Part shown: in pieces, positions 47,801-59,098 of the stretch
How positions within the stretch are numbered: position 1 is the first letter of the stretch
How the letters are laid out: every line of letters begins with the position of its first letter
Origin: Amoebophrya sp. A120
Taxonomy: Eukaryota > Protista > Dinoflagellata
Direction: 5' to 3'
Assembly: GCA_905178155.1 (NCBI GenBank)
Contig: CAJINV010000004.1
Coordinates: forward strand, 690,629-754,628
DNA: 64,000 nt
Notes under the pieces: generated by a model
What the model saw: only the letters and a program-made list of their open reading frames with translations
The model's database searches: none
What the model was told of the DNA's origin: nothing
Program-made: the position numbers and the translations under genes

Positions 47801-50800
47801 AAGTGACCTCCTGCTCGTGTTTTTGTACCGCAGTAGCTCCAGCGCGATCCACTTTTGTTGCAGGGTTGGTCGTGTCGGACTAGCGTCGCTCTTCTCCTCA
47901 TCGGCATTTTCGCCAAGAGCTGTACCCTCGTCCTGATGATCTTCCCGCAAACAAAATCGCACTACGCTCGCCAGCGAAACGGCCGCGTCGAACGTTTTCA
48001 CGACAGATTTTTCGAAAACGTTATCACACGTGGAGGAGTTCTTGTTCTTCTTGCTGTTGTTCAGTTTTATTTCCTGGTCGGTATCTTCGAACGCTGCAGC
48101 GCCAGCGTCTTCATGCAGGAGTTCGAGTTCCACTTCTAGTCCTCCACCAAGGTCGTCATGTAGCACTTGATCTAACTTTTTTCCTCGTTTCAATCGGTCC
48201 ACACCATGACTCACGTCGCCCGTAGAAGTACAACCCTGGCCTCCTTTCTGATCTTCCATTGTCAAGCGGTGGAACAAGCAGTGTCGCATTTTCTCGCTGT
48301 GGCAGACGAAGCGCTCGATGAAGTGGCTGCTGTATTTCTCGTCCTGCACAGGAGGAGCACTCGGCGCGTCGACGCAGCTCTGCCCGTGTTCATCATTATC
48401 TTTTTCCTCATCTCGAAGTTCCCCCACGACGGAGGCTTCGTTTCTCGCGGCATCGAAATACGCTTCGAGGAAAGAAACCGCCTGGTTCAAGGTTTGACTT
48501 GCTGCTAGGATCTTGCTACTCGAGTCGAAGCTCTCGGCAGCATGTAGTCCGTATTGTCCACCATCCTTTCCTTTTCCTTCCTTCAAACTCTTCTGGACCA
48601 GGTGTAGTCCTTGCCCGCTATCATCCACGCCAATGTTCATGATTTCGTCCTCGTCACAATCTCCTCCACAGCAGGACGACGAGGCAGCACTGCAACTTTC
48701 CTCGATCTGCAGCCAAACGAGACGCGCGGCTTCGGCTCCCAGGCCGTTGATGCTGCTGCTGTGCGTCGACGTTGAGGTCGAGGAGCAGTGGTCGCCGCCT
48801 GGTTGGTATGCATTGCAAAAGTGTCTGGGTCTGGAAGATTTCTAGACTTGTCATGCATATTTTCCATGACCCATGATGTCTGTGATGCATGCCGTAGCAT
48901 CACAGATTTTTAGAGCGCTTTGCGATACCTCTACAGCATGAGAAATGACCTCTCCGCGTAGCACAAACTAGAGTCCTCTACTTGCTGGTCATGCAATACA
49001 AATTTTTTCAGAATCCAAAAACAGCATGACAAGCTGCAATCTTCCAGACCCAGACATTTTTGCAGTTGATAGCTGGAAGACGAGCATGCAGAGAACCCGC
49101 TTTGCATCCGCCGAAAACAGGTCCACGCCGTTCTGGATCAAGTTTACCACGATGCGGAGTATGCATTGCAAGAGCATCGTATGACGTAGAAATCGCAATA
49201 CAAATACATTTCTCAGAATGTACTTAGTTGAAAAATTGAGTTGCCTTTGCTCGTGCTGAGTTGCTCTTGCCTAGGCTTGGACAGTTAGAGGTTACTTACG
49301 GTTTGTCTTTGCATGAGGAGTAGTACGAGTACGATAGTCTTTTTGCAATGCATACGGAGTGCCAGCGCACGGTTGTGCTCCTCTTCGGCCAGGTCCACGG
49401 CCCGGTGGTAGATCACCGAAAAGAGGTAGTACAGCAAGTGGAATTCTTCCGTAGAAAAGGCGGAGTTCTTGTCTACTGCAATCGGATCTTCCTCGGGGTT
49501 GAGGTTTTTCCTTTTCTTTCCTTTGTTGTTCACGGTCTTCATCTTCTTCTTGGGCTTGTTGCTCTATGCATTGCAAAAGCTGTTGTACCATCGTGGGGCT
49601 AGTAGTCGTAATATTTTTGGCATTTACAATTTCACTGTCAAAATGGAGTTTGTCATGCAGGTTCAGGTGAGACAGAAGATCTGGCATGCACAGATGCAAC
49701 TAGTACGAGCACGATAGCACTTTTGAAGATGCACGGGATAAACCCGCTCCCATGTTGGTGACGATCTTCTCTCCGTTCCACAGATCGCCCTGCATGTCGT
49801 CGTGAATGAAGTCCAGAAATATCAAGCAAAATAAACCTGTGTAGTTGCAGTTGTAACTCTCCTTTTTCTTTTGCTGGGGAAACAGCATGACAGATCTTCC
49901 GTGTGGCATGACAGCGAATATTAAAGGAGCTTGCCGTGGTCCGCAGGCAATACGTGTAAACGTAAAGAATGCTTTACATGACACTTCTTGGTCTGCTACA
50001 CAGAGTTACACTACATACAGGGGTTTTTTCTTGCGTATGAAACCGCTGCACTTTCGTGCTGGATGAAGTAGGACTTTGCTGCTGGTGGTGTTGTTTGTTT
50101 AGCGATTTTTTATTGCTTCCGATCATGTTGAGGGTGTCACAATTCTCGTCCGTCCGGCTGACGAGGTAGAGGTCTTTTTGCAACAACACGTCCAGCACAA
50201 AATCCAGGGACACGATAGAAGGCGAAGATGAACTTGTTGAACAAAATAACGGGTCCACCTCGTTGGAACTGCTCGAAGGGGTATCCTGTCAAAAAACGTC
50301 CCCACGAGGAGCTCAGAGCTGTCTCATTGAAATCTGCAAGCCTAAAATGTTTCTCATCATGCGTACTAACCTCCACCCCAATGCGCCCATGAGCAACATT
50401 CTCCACTACATCTTGCCCGGCTGGAGCGGGGACGTTTTTACACAGGATAAGAGGATAGAGCATTTTTCGCATTGATGTTTCTGGTCGCTTCGATGGTCGC
50501 AGACGCGGCTACGGCACTCGTGATCGTTCTTTTTTGAAGAAAGACCTCAGGGATCCTGTGCAAAAGTTGTATCGGAGACGTAGCTGTATAGATAGAAATT
50601 TACAGCAACGGCAGTACAATCAAATCACATGCCGAAGGACCGCAAGCATTTTTCACTCTGAAACCAACACCAAGTAATTGTTATTTAATGTAATATATGC
50701 GATTTATACTTCTAGAGCTACTTTCGCCAATACAACTTTTGCCAGGCCTATCAAGGGCCCTTCGTCGCACTTCGCTGTTTTTCGTGTCCAGCAAGGCCTG

Positions 50801-53800
50801 GAGAAGCACGCAGTACAAAGAAAGTTTCATCTTGCTAGTACAACTGGCCGTCCCAGTTGTTCCTGCCAAAAGAGAAGCAGGACGACCTTTATCATAATTC
50901 TTTTTTCTGGGAGCAGCACCAGTTCTTGCAGCTGCTGCAAAGACTTTTTCCTCGTAGCTGAGCTGAAACAGCCAGTCGCCCACTGCATCGACGCAATCCA
51001 GATTCACCAGCACGTTTTCGTCCCCGCAGGCGTAATCCAGGTAAAACGGCAGGACTTTCTGCTCCAAAAAGGTTTTGCAGGAGGTGGACGTGGAGTGAAC
51101 AGGTTCTTGTAAGGAAAAATGCGGCTTTTTTGTTTTGTCACGGTGATCTTGGTGTAGTTGTTCCGCCTCGGACGGCGCATCTTTCTTATTCTTCTCGTTC
51201 TGCAGTAGACTGCCACGCCCATGCCCAGATTTGGAGCCGAAAACTTCATCCTCAAGGTTCTCGTCTTGTAAAAGGAGTTCGTGTAGTTCATCGTCATCCT
51301 CTTGTTGCAGTAGGAGCCTCTGGCGATGACTATTTTTACCACTTAATCCGCGCCGCTCCTTCTGCTGCTGTTTGCTCAAAAACTTCGTGTCAATGTCATC
51401 ACCAGAATTCATTTTCCGGCCATCCCCGAACCCAGCAGCTGCGAAGAACAATCTTTTTGCCAAGAAGCTTCGCAGCCCGAGAAACGCGATGCGTCGCCAC
51501 AACGGCACCGGAGAAGATTCCGCGAAGGCTCGCAAAAGGAGGCACATCTTCTGCAGCAGGAGCATGGCCGGAGAGGACGAGAGATGATCACTTGTACAAT
51601 TTTTACCAGAAGAACAACCTTGTCCAGCAGCTTCATCATCCTGCAGCTGCCCTTTCTCTCCCCGCAGCAGATTCTCCATTACCTGCACGCCCTCGAGCAG
51701 TTCCGCAGCCAGTTCCTCGGTGAAAAGGATCCAGCACTGCCGCGCCCGGTCTGCCTGTTTCTTCGTCCGCGTCTTCATGTCAAGCCTCAAAGCTGCTTGT
51801 CCTGCGTGGTTCTGGTCGTGATTGCCACGACGACGACGCTTCGCGACTTATGAACTGCAAAAGCATCGTCGTGCTTACACTGAGTATACATCGCATGACA
51901 AATTTCCTCAGCATGAAAAAGAAAATTTGTAATGCGGATTGAACCTGAGAAAGAAATTTGTAATGCATGATTACAATACGAGTACGATACTTTTGCACAG
52001 GATACGACTTTCTCGCCCGCAACTTTTCCGCCCGCGAGTTCGGCTGGATCTTGACCTTCTTCATTGATGTCCGAGATGGACAAATCGTCAGCGTCCTCCT
52101 CGAGAAAATGTACCTCCTGATGGTCAGCTGCCTCGTCAGTAGACGTTCTGTGATGTTGTCTACTACTGCTTCCACCACCAGTTGAAGTTGAGCAGCTCTT
52201 TTGCACGCAGGCCTCGACGAACCGCTGCAGGCTTTCGTCGGAGACAACTACAGGGTTAATATCGGGAGTTTTGCTGATGTTACGATTTGATTCCGATTCG
52301 CGTTGGCGGTCAGCAAGTTGCACTTCTAGCGCCGGTCGTGCGCGAGCGCGGCGGTCGAGAGGCGCAGACGAGCATGACAGGGTCAGGCTTGAAATCGATA
52401 AAGTTGAAATGATCTATTGCAGCGCATGATGCAGCATAAAACCGACATCAGCATTTAGACAAATTTAGCAGCACCAGAACTGACTTTTTCGTGCCATTAT
52501 TTGGGGAAAGAAGGGCTCCTTTTTCGTGCCGTTTTATCAGCTCTATCTCCAACGCGAAGAACCTGAACCACATACAGGCTTAAAATATGTAGACTTTATT
52601 GCAAGGTAGTTCCACTTCATCGATTTCGATTCTGACACAACTCTCATACAGCAATGTTCGTCTTGAGTGCGGCAAGGTCAGCACCTTTTTCGTCGGGAGG
52701 AAAATTCGCGATGGTCCCTGTCGCTGCTGCTGTGGTAGTAGTGTTCTTCTCGCCGGGAAAGTGCGTATAAGAGTGCACAACCAGTCCCCGTCGTTCCCCT
52801 CATTCGTCATGCAAAATGCTATATCCAGCCTCTTATTTCATTTTATGGAAGTGTTTCAATGAAAGATTATTGTAGAATCCGAAACAGCACAATACCCCGG
52901 CTACCGCTCGTGCTAGATACTGCTACATACAACAGTTGTCCGCGGGTAGAAGATTTGTCATGCGAACAAACATACAGTGCTGGTGGTGGTGACCATACGG
53001 TGTGTTTCTTGCTATAACAGCTACATTTCCCAATGCGCGGAACGACAACGAGGGGGACGAGTTGTTCACTCTCATAGTGACCTTCGGCGAAACAGTATCC
53101 AGGAAAAAATCTGTTTAAGTGTAACTCTGTAGGAAGATGAACAGCATCGCAGATTCGTTTTGCATTTTACAATCTCAATCATGCGAAACACGTACGAAAG
53201 TTGCCTATGACGCACATCCAGCACGACAAGCGTATACAGTTTTGCATTCCCTGCGTCACAGACTTACACTTACAGTTTTTTTCTTGCATAAACAGCTCTT
53301 CGCGTGGCACACGTCCAGGAAGAAGACGGCAAAAGCCTCAAGCAGATCGTTGATTTTGCTGTTTCGGGTCGAAGTGGTTTCCTGCCTTTTTAGCTCCCGC
53401 ACAGCCTGATCTTGGAAGATATCCAGCTTCGCACTTTTGTTTTTGATATTTGCTGCGTTTATTTTCTTAGTACTTCCGGCAGCGGCAGCGGAGGCGCCAC
53501 TACGATTAGATTTGTTGTTTTTTTCCTTCCCCGGACCCTTGTTCTCTAGCTGTAGTACTTCGTCAGAGTCATTCTCCTCGTCCTCGTCCTCGTGGGAAGT
53601 GGCCATCAGTTCCACCTTCGCCAGAAACGCCGCGGCTTGCTTTCGTGCCCACGAGCGGCTCAGTGATGTTTTGGTCTTGTTGATTCCGGAGGATAAGAGG
53701 GAGTTGAGCATGACAGTAACAGAAGGTTGTGATGAAGGTGGGCCGGCACGTGGTTCCGGCTTACTTCCTGCTCCTGCTTTTTTATCCTCTGCAAAAGTAA

Positions 53801-54099
53801 TATCGTACGTAGCCGAATTCACCTGTAGGCAGAGCTCTTTACAACTCGATTTTTTAGCATGTCGAATTGCAGAAGTTGAATATATAATATGCATCGTCGT
53901 CATGCAGTTGCAGTTGCAAATTCAAAAAATAAAGATTTTGATTTCCATGCAGCAATTCCTGCTAGCCCAGTACGAATCGATAGCTTTGCACTGCGTACGC
54001 TGTGTTGGCGCTTGGAGCTACAATGGAGGCCTCGGCCTCCATGGTCTTGTCCACCATAGAAGAAGATGAAGAAGACGACGTCGCGGCTTGCTTCTTCAT
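41851..54099 (-). CDS. SCC3: Divergent, expanded cohesin subunit Scc3/STAG (stromalin)-like protein with many exons
   Basis: STAG-like motifs SSPVPLWRRIAFLGL and DYACGDENVLVNLDCVDAVGDWL..LLQALLDTKNSEVRRRALEVF, comparable to the stromalin RD..IR..CI..IG.W...LHD...EVRLKCL pattern. Most exons join in frame after element removal; junctions at about 52390-53030 are unresolved. Confidence 0.55.
42748..43005. mobile_element. TIR introner, family A (258 bp)
   Basis: TATCAACTGCAAAAATGTC / GACATTTTTGCAGTTGATA; TSD ccttt; GT-AG register 42744-43006 is possible; restores FVKG-KKSKG. Confidence 0.93.
43777..44305. mobile_element. Degenerate introner or intron with only one recognisable TIR
   Basis: Right end CAGACACTTTTGCATGTTGCATA; flanks ttgca/ttgcc; removal gives in-frame FDVA-TAGLSL. 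Confidence 0.5.
44645..44838. mobile_element. TIR introner flanked by a TA dinucleotide
   Basis: TA-AAGTGTTAACGTTATCTAACGG / CCGTTGATTAACGTTAACACTT-TA; removing the element plus one TA gives in-frame PSEI-PLHIP. Confidence 0.8.
45410..45615. mobile_element. TIR introner (206 bp)
   Basis: TATGGAAAGAAAAAAGTTTGTCAC at the left end and GTGACGAAC(T)nGTTTGATA at the right end; flanks gcaac/tcaac; restores FCRL-RDQAF. Confidence 0.87.
48807..49071. mobile_element. TIR introner, family A (265 bp)
   Basis: TATGCATTGCAAAAGTGTCTGGGTCTGGAAGATT / AATCTTCCAGACCCAGACATTTTTGCAGTTGATA; flanks gttgg/gctgg; interior alignable with 42748-43005; restores LVFQ-PGGDH. Confidence 0.92.
49160..49354. mobile_element. 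TIR introner (195 bp)
   Basis: TATGCATTGCAA..ATCGTA / TACGAT..TTGCAATGCATA; TSD cggag; restores LALR-IVVNL. Confidence 0.9.
49564..49747 (-). other. Introner-derived intron, predicted GC-AG
   Basis: Left end TATGCATTGCAAAAG with a degenerate right end; GGA|GCG...CATAG|AGC joins TNMG to SNKPKK in frame. Confidence 0.55.
49820..50037. mobile_element. TIR introner, family C (218 bp)
   Basis: TATCAAGCAAAATAAACCTGT..TGTAACTCT / AGAGTTACA..ACAGGGGTTTTTTCTTGCGTA; flanks agaaa/tgaaa; restores VQRF-LDFIHDD. Confidence 0.85.
50282..50449. mobile_element. TIR introner, family B (168 bp)
   Basis: TATCCTGTCAAAAAACGTCCCC / GGGGACGTTTTTACACAGGATA; flanks agggg/agagg; in-frame join to SSSSNEVDP. Confidence 0.87.
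50552..50750. mobile_element. TIR introner (199 bp)
   Basis: CCTGTGCAAAAGTTGTATCGG..GTAGCT / AGCTAC..CCAATACAACTTTTGCCAGG; flanks tcagg/tcaag; restores EVRRRAL-EVFLQK. Confidence 0.8.
51849..52004. mobile_element. TIR introner (156 bp)
   Basis: TATGAACTGCAAAAGCATCGT / ACGATACTTTTGCACAGGATA; TSD cgact; restores GEKV-AKRRRR. Confidence 0.9.
53096..53290. mobile_element. TIR introner, family C (195 bp)
   Basis: TATCCAGGAAAAAATCTGTTTAAGTGTAA / TTACACTTACAGTTTTTTTCTTGCATA; TSD aacag; restores AKSC-FAEGHY. Confidence 0.9.
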
Positions 54100-55687
54100 G
54101 TTTTTCTTTTTCAAAATTTTGTCAAATTTATTAGCGAAGAAAAAAAAATTTTATCGTCCTCTAATATTGCTGTAACATCAGAAAGAGTGAGAGAGATGAA
54201 GTTGAAGTGGATAAAGAGCCCTGAGGCAGGAGACACTTTCGTCTGCATCAAACTGTCCGGCGTTGCAACTCTGCCATTATTTTGCGGAGGACTTCAAGTT
54301 CAAGCATAGTCAATATCACTTTTGTGGTCGTTTTGTTTTTGATGTCTGAAACAAGAAATGCGATCCAGTACTGCAGCCTCTTTGTTGATGCGCTGAGATT
54401 GCTTGACATGCAGCTGGACCGCGAGGTGTTTGTTCTAGGAGGGTGGAAAAACTTCTCTGATTTTGTTCGACGCCAGCACTTGCTTCTACATGACTTTTGC
54501 GCTCTCGAAATATCCGCTCGAAGACGAAGAAAGAGTAGTGAAAAAAAAATAAAAACAACAGAAGCAAAAAGCTCACTGCACTCGTGGTTTGATTTCAATT
54601 TTATCTTTAAGAAAAAGAAAGTGAAAGGAGTAAAAAATCAAAACCAGCCGTAGCTGGTGCTGCGTTCGAAAGTACAAGCTGTGCCGTCTACTTGCTGTGA
54701 CAGGTCGACGCGCTGCACAGGACGAGGAATCAATGAGCCTACAAGTGGTCATTTTTTGAATTTCTCATAGTGAATAGGGCATGCGAATCAAAAACCCGGG
54801 GACTCGTCAACACGGGCAGACATTGACGCACCTTCCACTCAGTCAACGACTTCCACTCTTCTACTCGGCAGATTTGGTTTTCCCTTTTGAGATGGTAGGC
54901 AGTGGCAGATGAAGAGAAAAAATCAACACGAAGTCGCACACGAGTTAGTTGCAGAGGCCCAAAATGAAGAAATAGAAAAAGTAAAAGATGCGAAGATCAT
55001 GCGTTCGTGGTCCTTCTCTTTCGTGCAACGACCGTCGCTAATTCACTCAAAACCAGACTAAGCAGGTTTTTTCTTCGTGAAAGAGAAAGAACCGATAGTG
55101 CTCCTAATGAACAAAAAAACGAAGTGGCTCCTACTTGCGCTTTTCATCAAGCGGCTCTTTTTTCTGGGAACGACATGAAGAGCGAACACCAACACGAGTA
55201 CATCTGGGAGAAATGTGTCCAGCTCTGCTCTAGTGCGAGTGACAGAGCCAGCGAGGCTTCGTTTTTTTTGGTTTTTTTTATGTAGTTTTTTCTTGCTGTC
55301 TTTAGGTAGTCTTTATCTTTTCTTTTGTGTTTATCTTAAAAATTATGATTGCAATCGACCGCGGCCCCTCGCAACGAACAAAACTTGCAGAAATACGATA
55401 TTGTAGAAAATTATAGTTGGAAAATTTAAGGAAGCGAATTTTGGTTGCTCCAAGAGCGATCTCGGCGTCTCTCGGGGAAGTAGAGCCGCGCCGAAATAAT
55501 CGCCACAAGGGGCTGGTGTAGCTTGTAGATTACCATCGTATAGCAAAACCTCTACTCGAGAAGATGTAGCTTAGGCATCTTTGTAAGCAAACGACTTGCT
55601 CAAGCAGAATCGTAGGAAGCAGATTGTGGCACAGAATAATTGCAGCTCATCAATAGTAGTATATCATCGTCCTTCCTTGACGAGTTC

Positions 55688-55736
55688 CTGTCGCTGGAGC
55701 CATTCTCAACAACATCTGTCGCTGGAGCCATTCTCA
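55688..55736 (+). repeat. Short direct duplication CTGTCGCTGGAGCCATTCTCA x2
   Basis: Copies at about 55688 and 55716. Confidence 0.85.
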
Positions 55737-58700
55737 GCTATTCCTCCCCTTGCGCCTGCTAGATGAAACCGCTACAAGCTGCACTTGAAGGAACTGAAAC
55801 TACACAGAATCAAAAATGACACCTTCATGATTAGGCACGAGAATCACAACAGCCGCGTGGCAGCGCGGACCGATCGTTGCTTCGTTCAGAAATTACATGA
55901 TGATAAACTACGAAGTAGCGCGCTTTTCCGATAGATACAGGTAGTATATTGCACTGAGTCCTCGCTTCTTCCTCATATTGAAAGTTTAGAAAACTAAAAG
56001 TATGCTTGACTTACAAAAATGGCCTGCTCTTACCCGGGACGACAAAAGCGAATTTTTTGGTTCAGAAAAAACATAATTTAACACTTTGAATGCACAACAC
56101 AAACTTGGGGGAGGGTCATCCGGAGGTGAGAGCTACAAAGAAAGGAACGCTATACGATGACTCAATAGTAAACATAATCAAACAGAACATGCTGAACAAA
56201 AAAGAAGTACGACTTCACTGGGACAGACTCATACAGACTTCGATAACGATAACAAATTGGAATGATGCGCTAAAAGTACATCATCCCTCTCTGTAGTAAC
56301 TGTAATCGCTCATATTAATTGTGTAACAATTATATCTTTGATTGTCTAGTGCGAGGACGGTAGAGCGCTGCGCTGCCAGTTGTACAGAATTGTGGTGAGA
56401 AGTGTTCACTGAGCCGCATGTAAAATTCAGCACGATCTTGATTATATTTGATACAAACTAGAACTACAACTACTTACGCAGGAACTGTCGGAGCAGGGTG
56501 ACACGATAGAATACGAGAGGGGCGCTGCCTTGCAATTCTTTAGCTTTTTGGTACTTTACTTAGTCAATTTTTATTTTAGTAATCGAGACTATAAAATTCA
56601 AAATAACAAAACGTCGGGGACATGCATCGCTTATGCTTTACTAGGTTTTGATGTAAAGATTTAGTGGGCGTGAAGTTAAGACATTCGATTATATCACAAA
56701 TGAAATTCCGGTGAAAGTGGCATGACGGTAAAAAAAAAGAAAAAGAATTGCGAGTAGTATATGTGATGTAGGTGTTACTACATTCTCTGTCTTCGCCCGA
56801 GGCGGGAACGCTTTGACTTTGACGCAGATGCTTAAGTATGCTCTGTGGCTTTGATGTAGCGGACACGAGTGTAAACAGGATGCGCCCGAAAGCGCTTTTT
56901 TACACCCCAGGAGGAGCTCCGTCAAGTTCTTTCATGCAGTTTGATAACCATTTTCTTTTTCGCGGCAAGTGAGATTTTTAAGTAAGTACTACCCTACGTG
57001 AAAGAAAAAGTGTGAGAGAAAAAGTATATCGGTCAGATAAGAAGTAGCCTCCACCAACCCGGTGTCGCAATAAAATTTCGAGGGATCCACCTGTCGTGAG
57101 AGTAGTTTCGTTGTGCACCTTGAAACGAACTGCTCTCTGTCCCGGTCTCGTCCCTTTCTTGTATTTTTTTGAGGCTTGCTTTTTTTTTCGTAGTTTCTTC
57201 TTGTACTTGTGGTTTGGCTTCGGCAGGCGCAGGGCTTGGACATTTTGCGTACTGAAACTTAGAAACTGAAAATCAAAAAAAAGGCTCTAGCTCAATGTCC
57301 CCACTTCTACATTTGTGTATCTATGAAAGTGGATAAGACGCCCCCTTCGCCCTCATTGCAAGGCGGATATGATCGACGACTCGACGGGCAACAACGCGCC
57401 AAATTCTGTTTTTATAAAAACCGCACGAAACTGTAGTACCTACTGTCTCGCTGGTTGGTGCAATACTGTATCTCTTAGTGCCGCCTTGGCGTTCCACCGG
57501 GATGCAGAAACTACAAAAACAGAATTAACATTAAGGTTAGAAGAGGCAAACCAGAGCAGAGAAAGTTGTTTGTGTTGTTTGTTGGTAATGGATACACGGA
57601 ATCCGGGTGAAGTTTTTCTTCTCGCGTGTGTTCTAGCGCTATTTCAATAAAAATACCAGTTAGAGTGAGCCACTTTGAGCTCCTTCTTGAGAAAAACAGT
57701 ACAGACTGGCAAAACGAAGATGGAAAAGCTTTGTTGCTAAAAGTGATTTATTCCAAAAGTTGAAATCGACAGCGAACGTCTAAAAGTTGAAAAGCTTTGG
57801 TAGTTGAAAGTTATTCGAGAAAACAGAGGAAGGTTCTTGAACAGAGAAAAATAAAAGCGATCGTAGAGACTAGCCAACGTGTTTTTGAGAAAAGTTGTTT
57901 CTGAAGAAAGGGAGTTTTGAAATAAAGTCTTGCTGTTGACGAGCGTTTTGCTTTTTGTGTTTTTAGTTAAAGAGTTGAGCGGATTTGGAATTTTCCATCA
58001 TGACATATGAATCTAATCACAATGAGGTAAAGTGGCGCGCGTCCACTGTCGTAATGAGTCGCTTCAGAGCTCGTTCCAATGTTCTTCCTCGAATGATCGG
58101 CCTGCTACTCCTCGTGGTGGACCTCGACGTAGTTTTTTCTTTATTCATACACGGCATAAATGACAGGTACGCTGCTGCTATTTGTTGCACCTAGCTTTGG
58201 TATAAAAGGAAAAGATACCACCTTTTTTTTTCTTTGTTGGCGATGAAGGAAAGTTTTGACTTGTGCGCGAGATGAGTGGCAAGATGATACAACCGTCGTT
58301 AGCAGAAATGAAGTGTGATTGTCGGTGGACAAGCACATGGAATACGTAATGTGCGACCGGGAGCATTATATAAAGTCAGCAGCTTCCTTTTGTTTGACGA
58401 GATCGACAAAAATGGTTGAAGTTGAAGATTAGTGGTCAGCACATGATATATAGTTATAGAGTGAACGAGAAATAGTGTACGAGTCGCCTAAATCTGAGCA
58501 AAAAAAAAAAATATTGCGTCTGCGAATCGTGGCCCTGTCGCTGCGCTGCTTCCTCAAATTGAAATCGAGATATCGAAACGAGTACTTCTATCGCTGAAAT
58601 CACTTCGAGTAGCAGTGAAATTAACTGGCTTGAGCATGTGCAGAAACGGAATCGACCCGAGACCACCGCAGCCATCGATCGATCACGAGTTCTGTTGGCC

Positions 58701-59098
58701 GGGTTTCATGACATTGCCAAGCGCGCCTACATGTTAACTTTAACTTGATGACGGAAATTCAAAAACAATAGCCGAATCGTAAACTGAAACTGCAACTCAT
58801 AAGTTTAAGTAGTGATAGGCCCACCTCCCGTTTCCATATTACATGGCTGCGCCGTAGTACTCCAACAGCCACAATATTGTCACGTTTCCTCATACGTGAT
58901 ATTGCGCACCAGAAGGAATAGGGAAACCATAAAATCGAAATTCAAAATTCGCCATGCTTGCAATAAAAAGATGAAGAACTTCACCCGGTTTATTTATCAT
59001 AGTAATAACTTTTCGCTTTCATACTATCTTTCAATGTCGTACAATTATATGGAGATGAAGCTTGATGGCACGTCGAATGGTACAGGAATAGAAATATC

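Noticed and set aside
52390-53030. Further elements in the STAG-like gene (direct repeats caggctt and aatgc)
   Set aside because: I could not find a TIR/TSD pair that gives an in-frame join, so this is left unresolved.
54100-59000. Short ORFs in an AT-richer gap
   Set aside because: No domain or consistent exon chain, and no tRNA, rRNA or spliced-leader sequence was noticed by eye.
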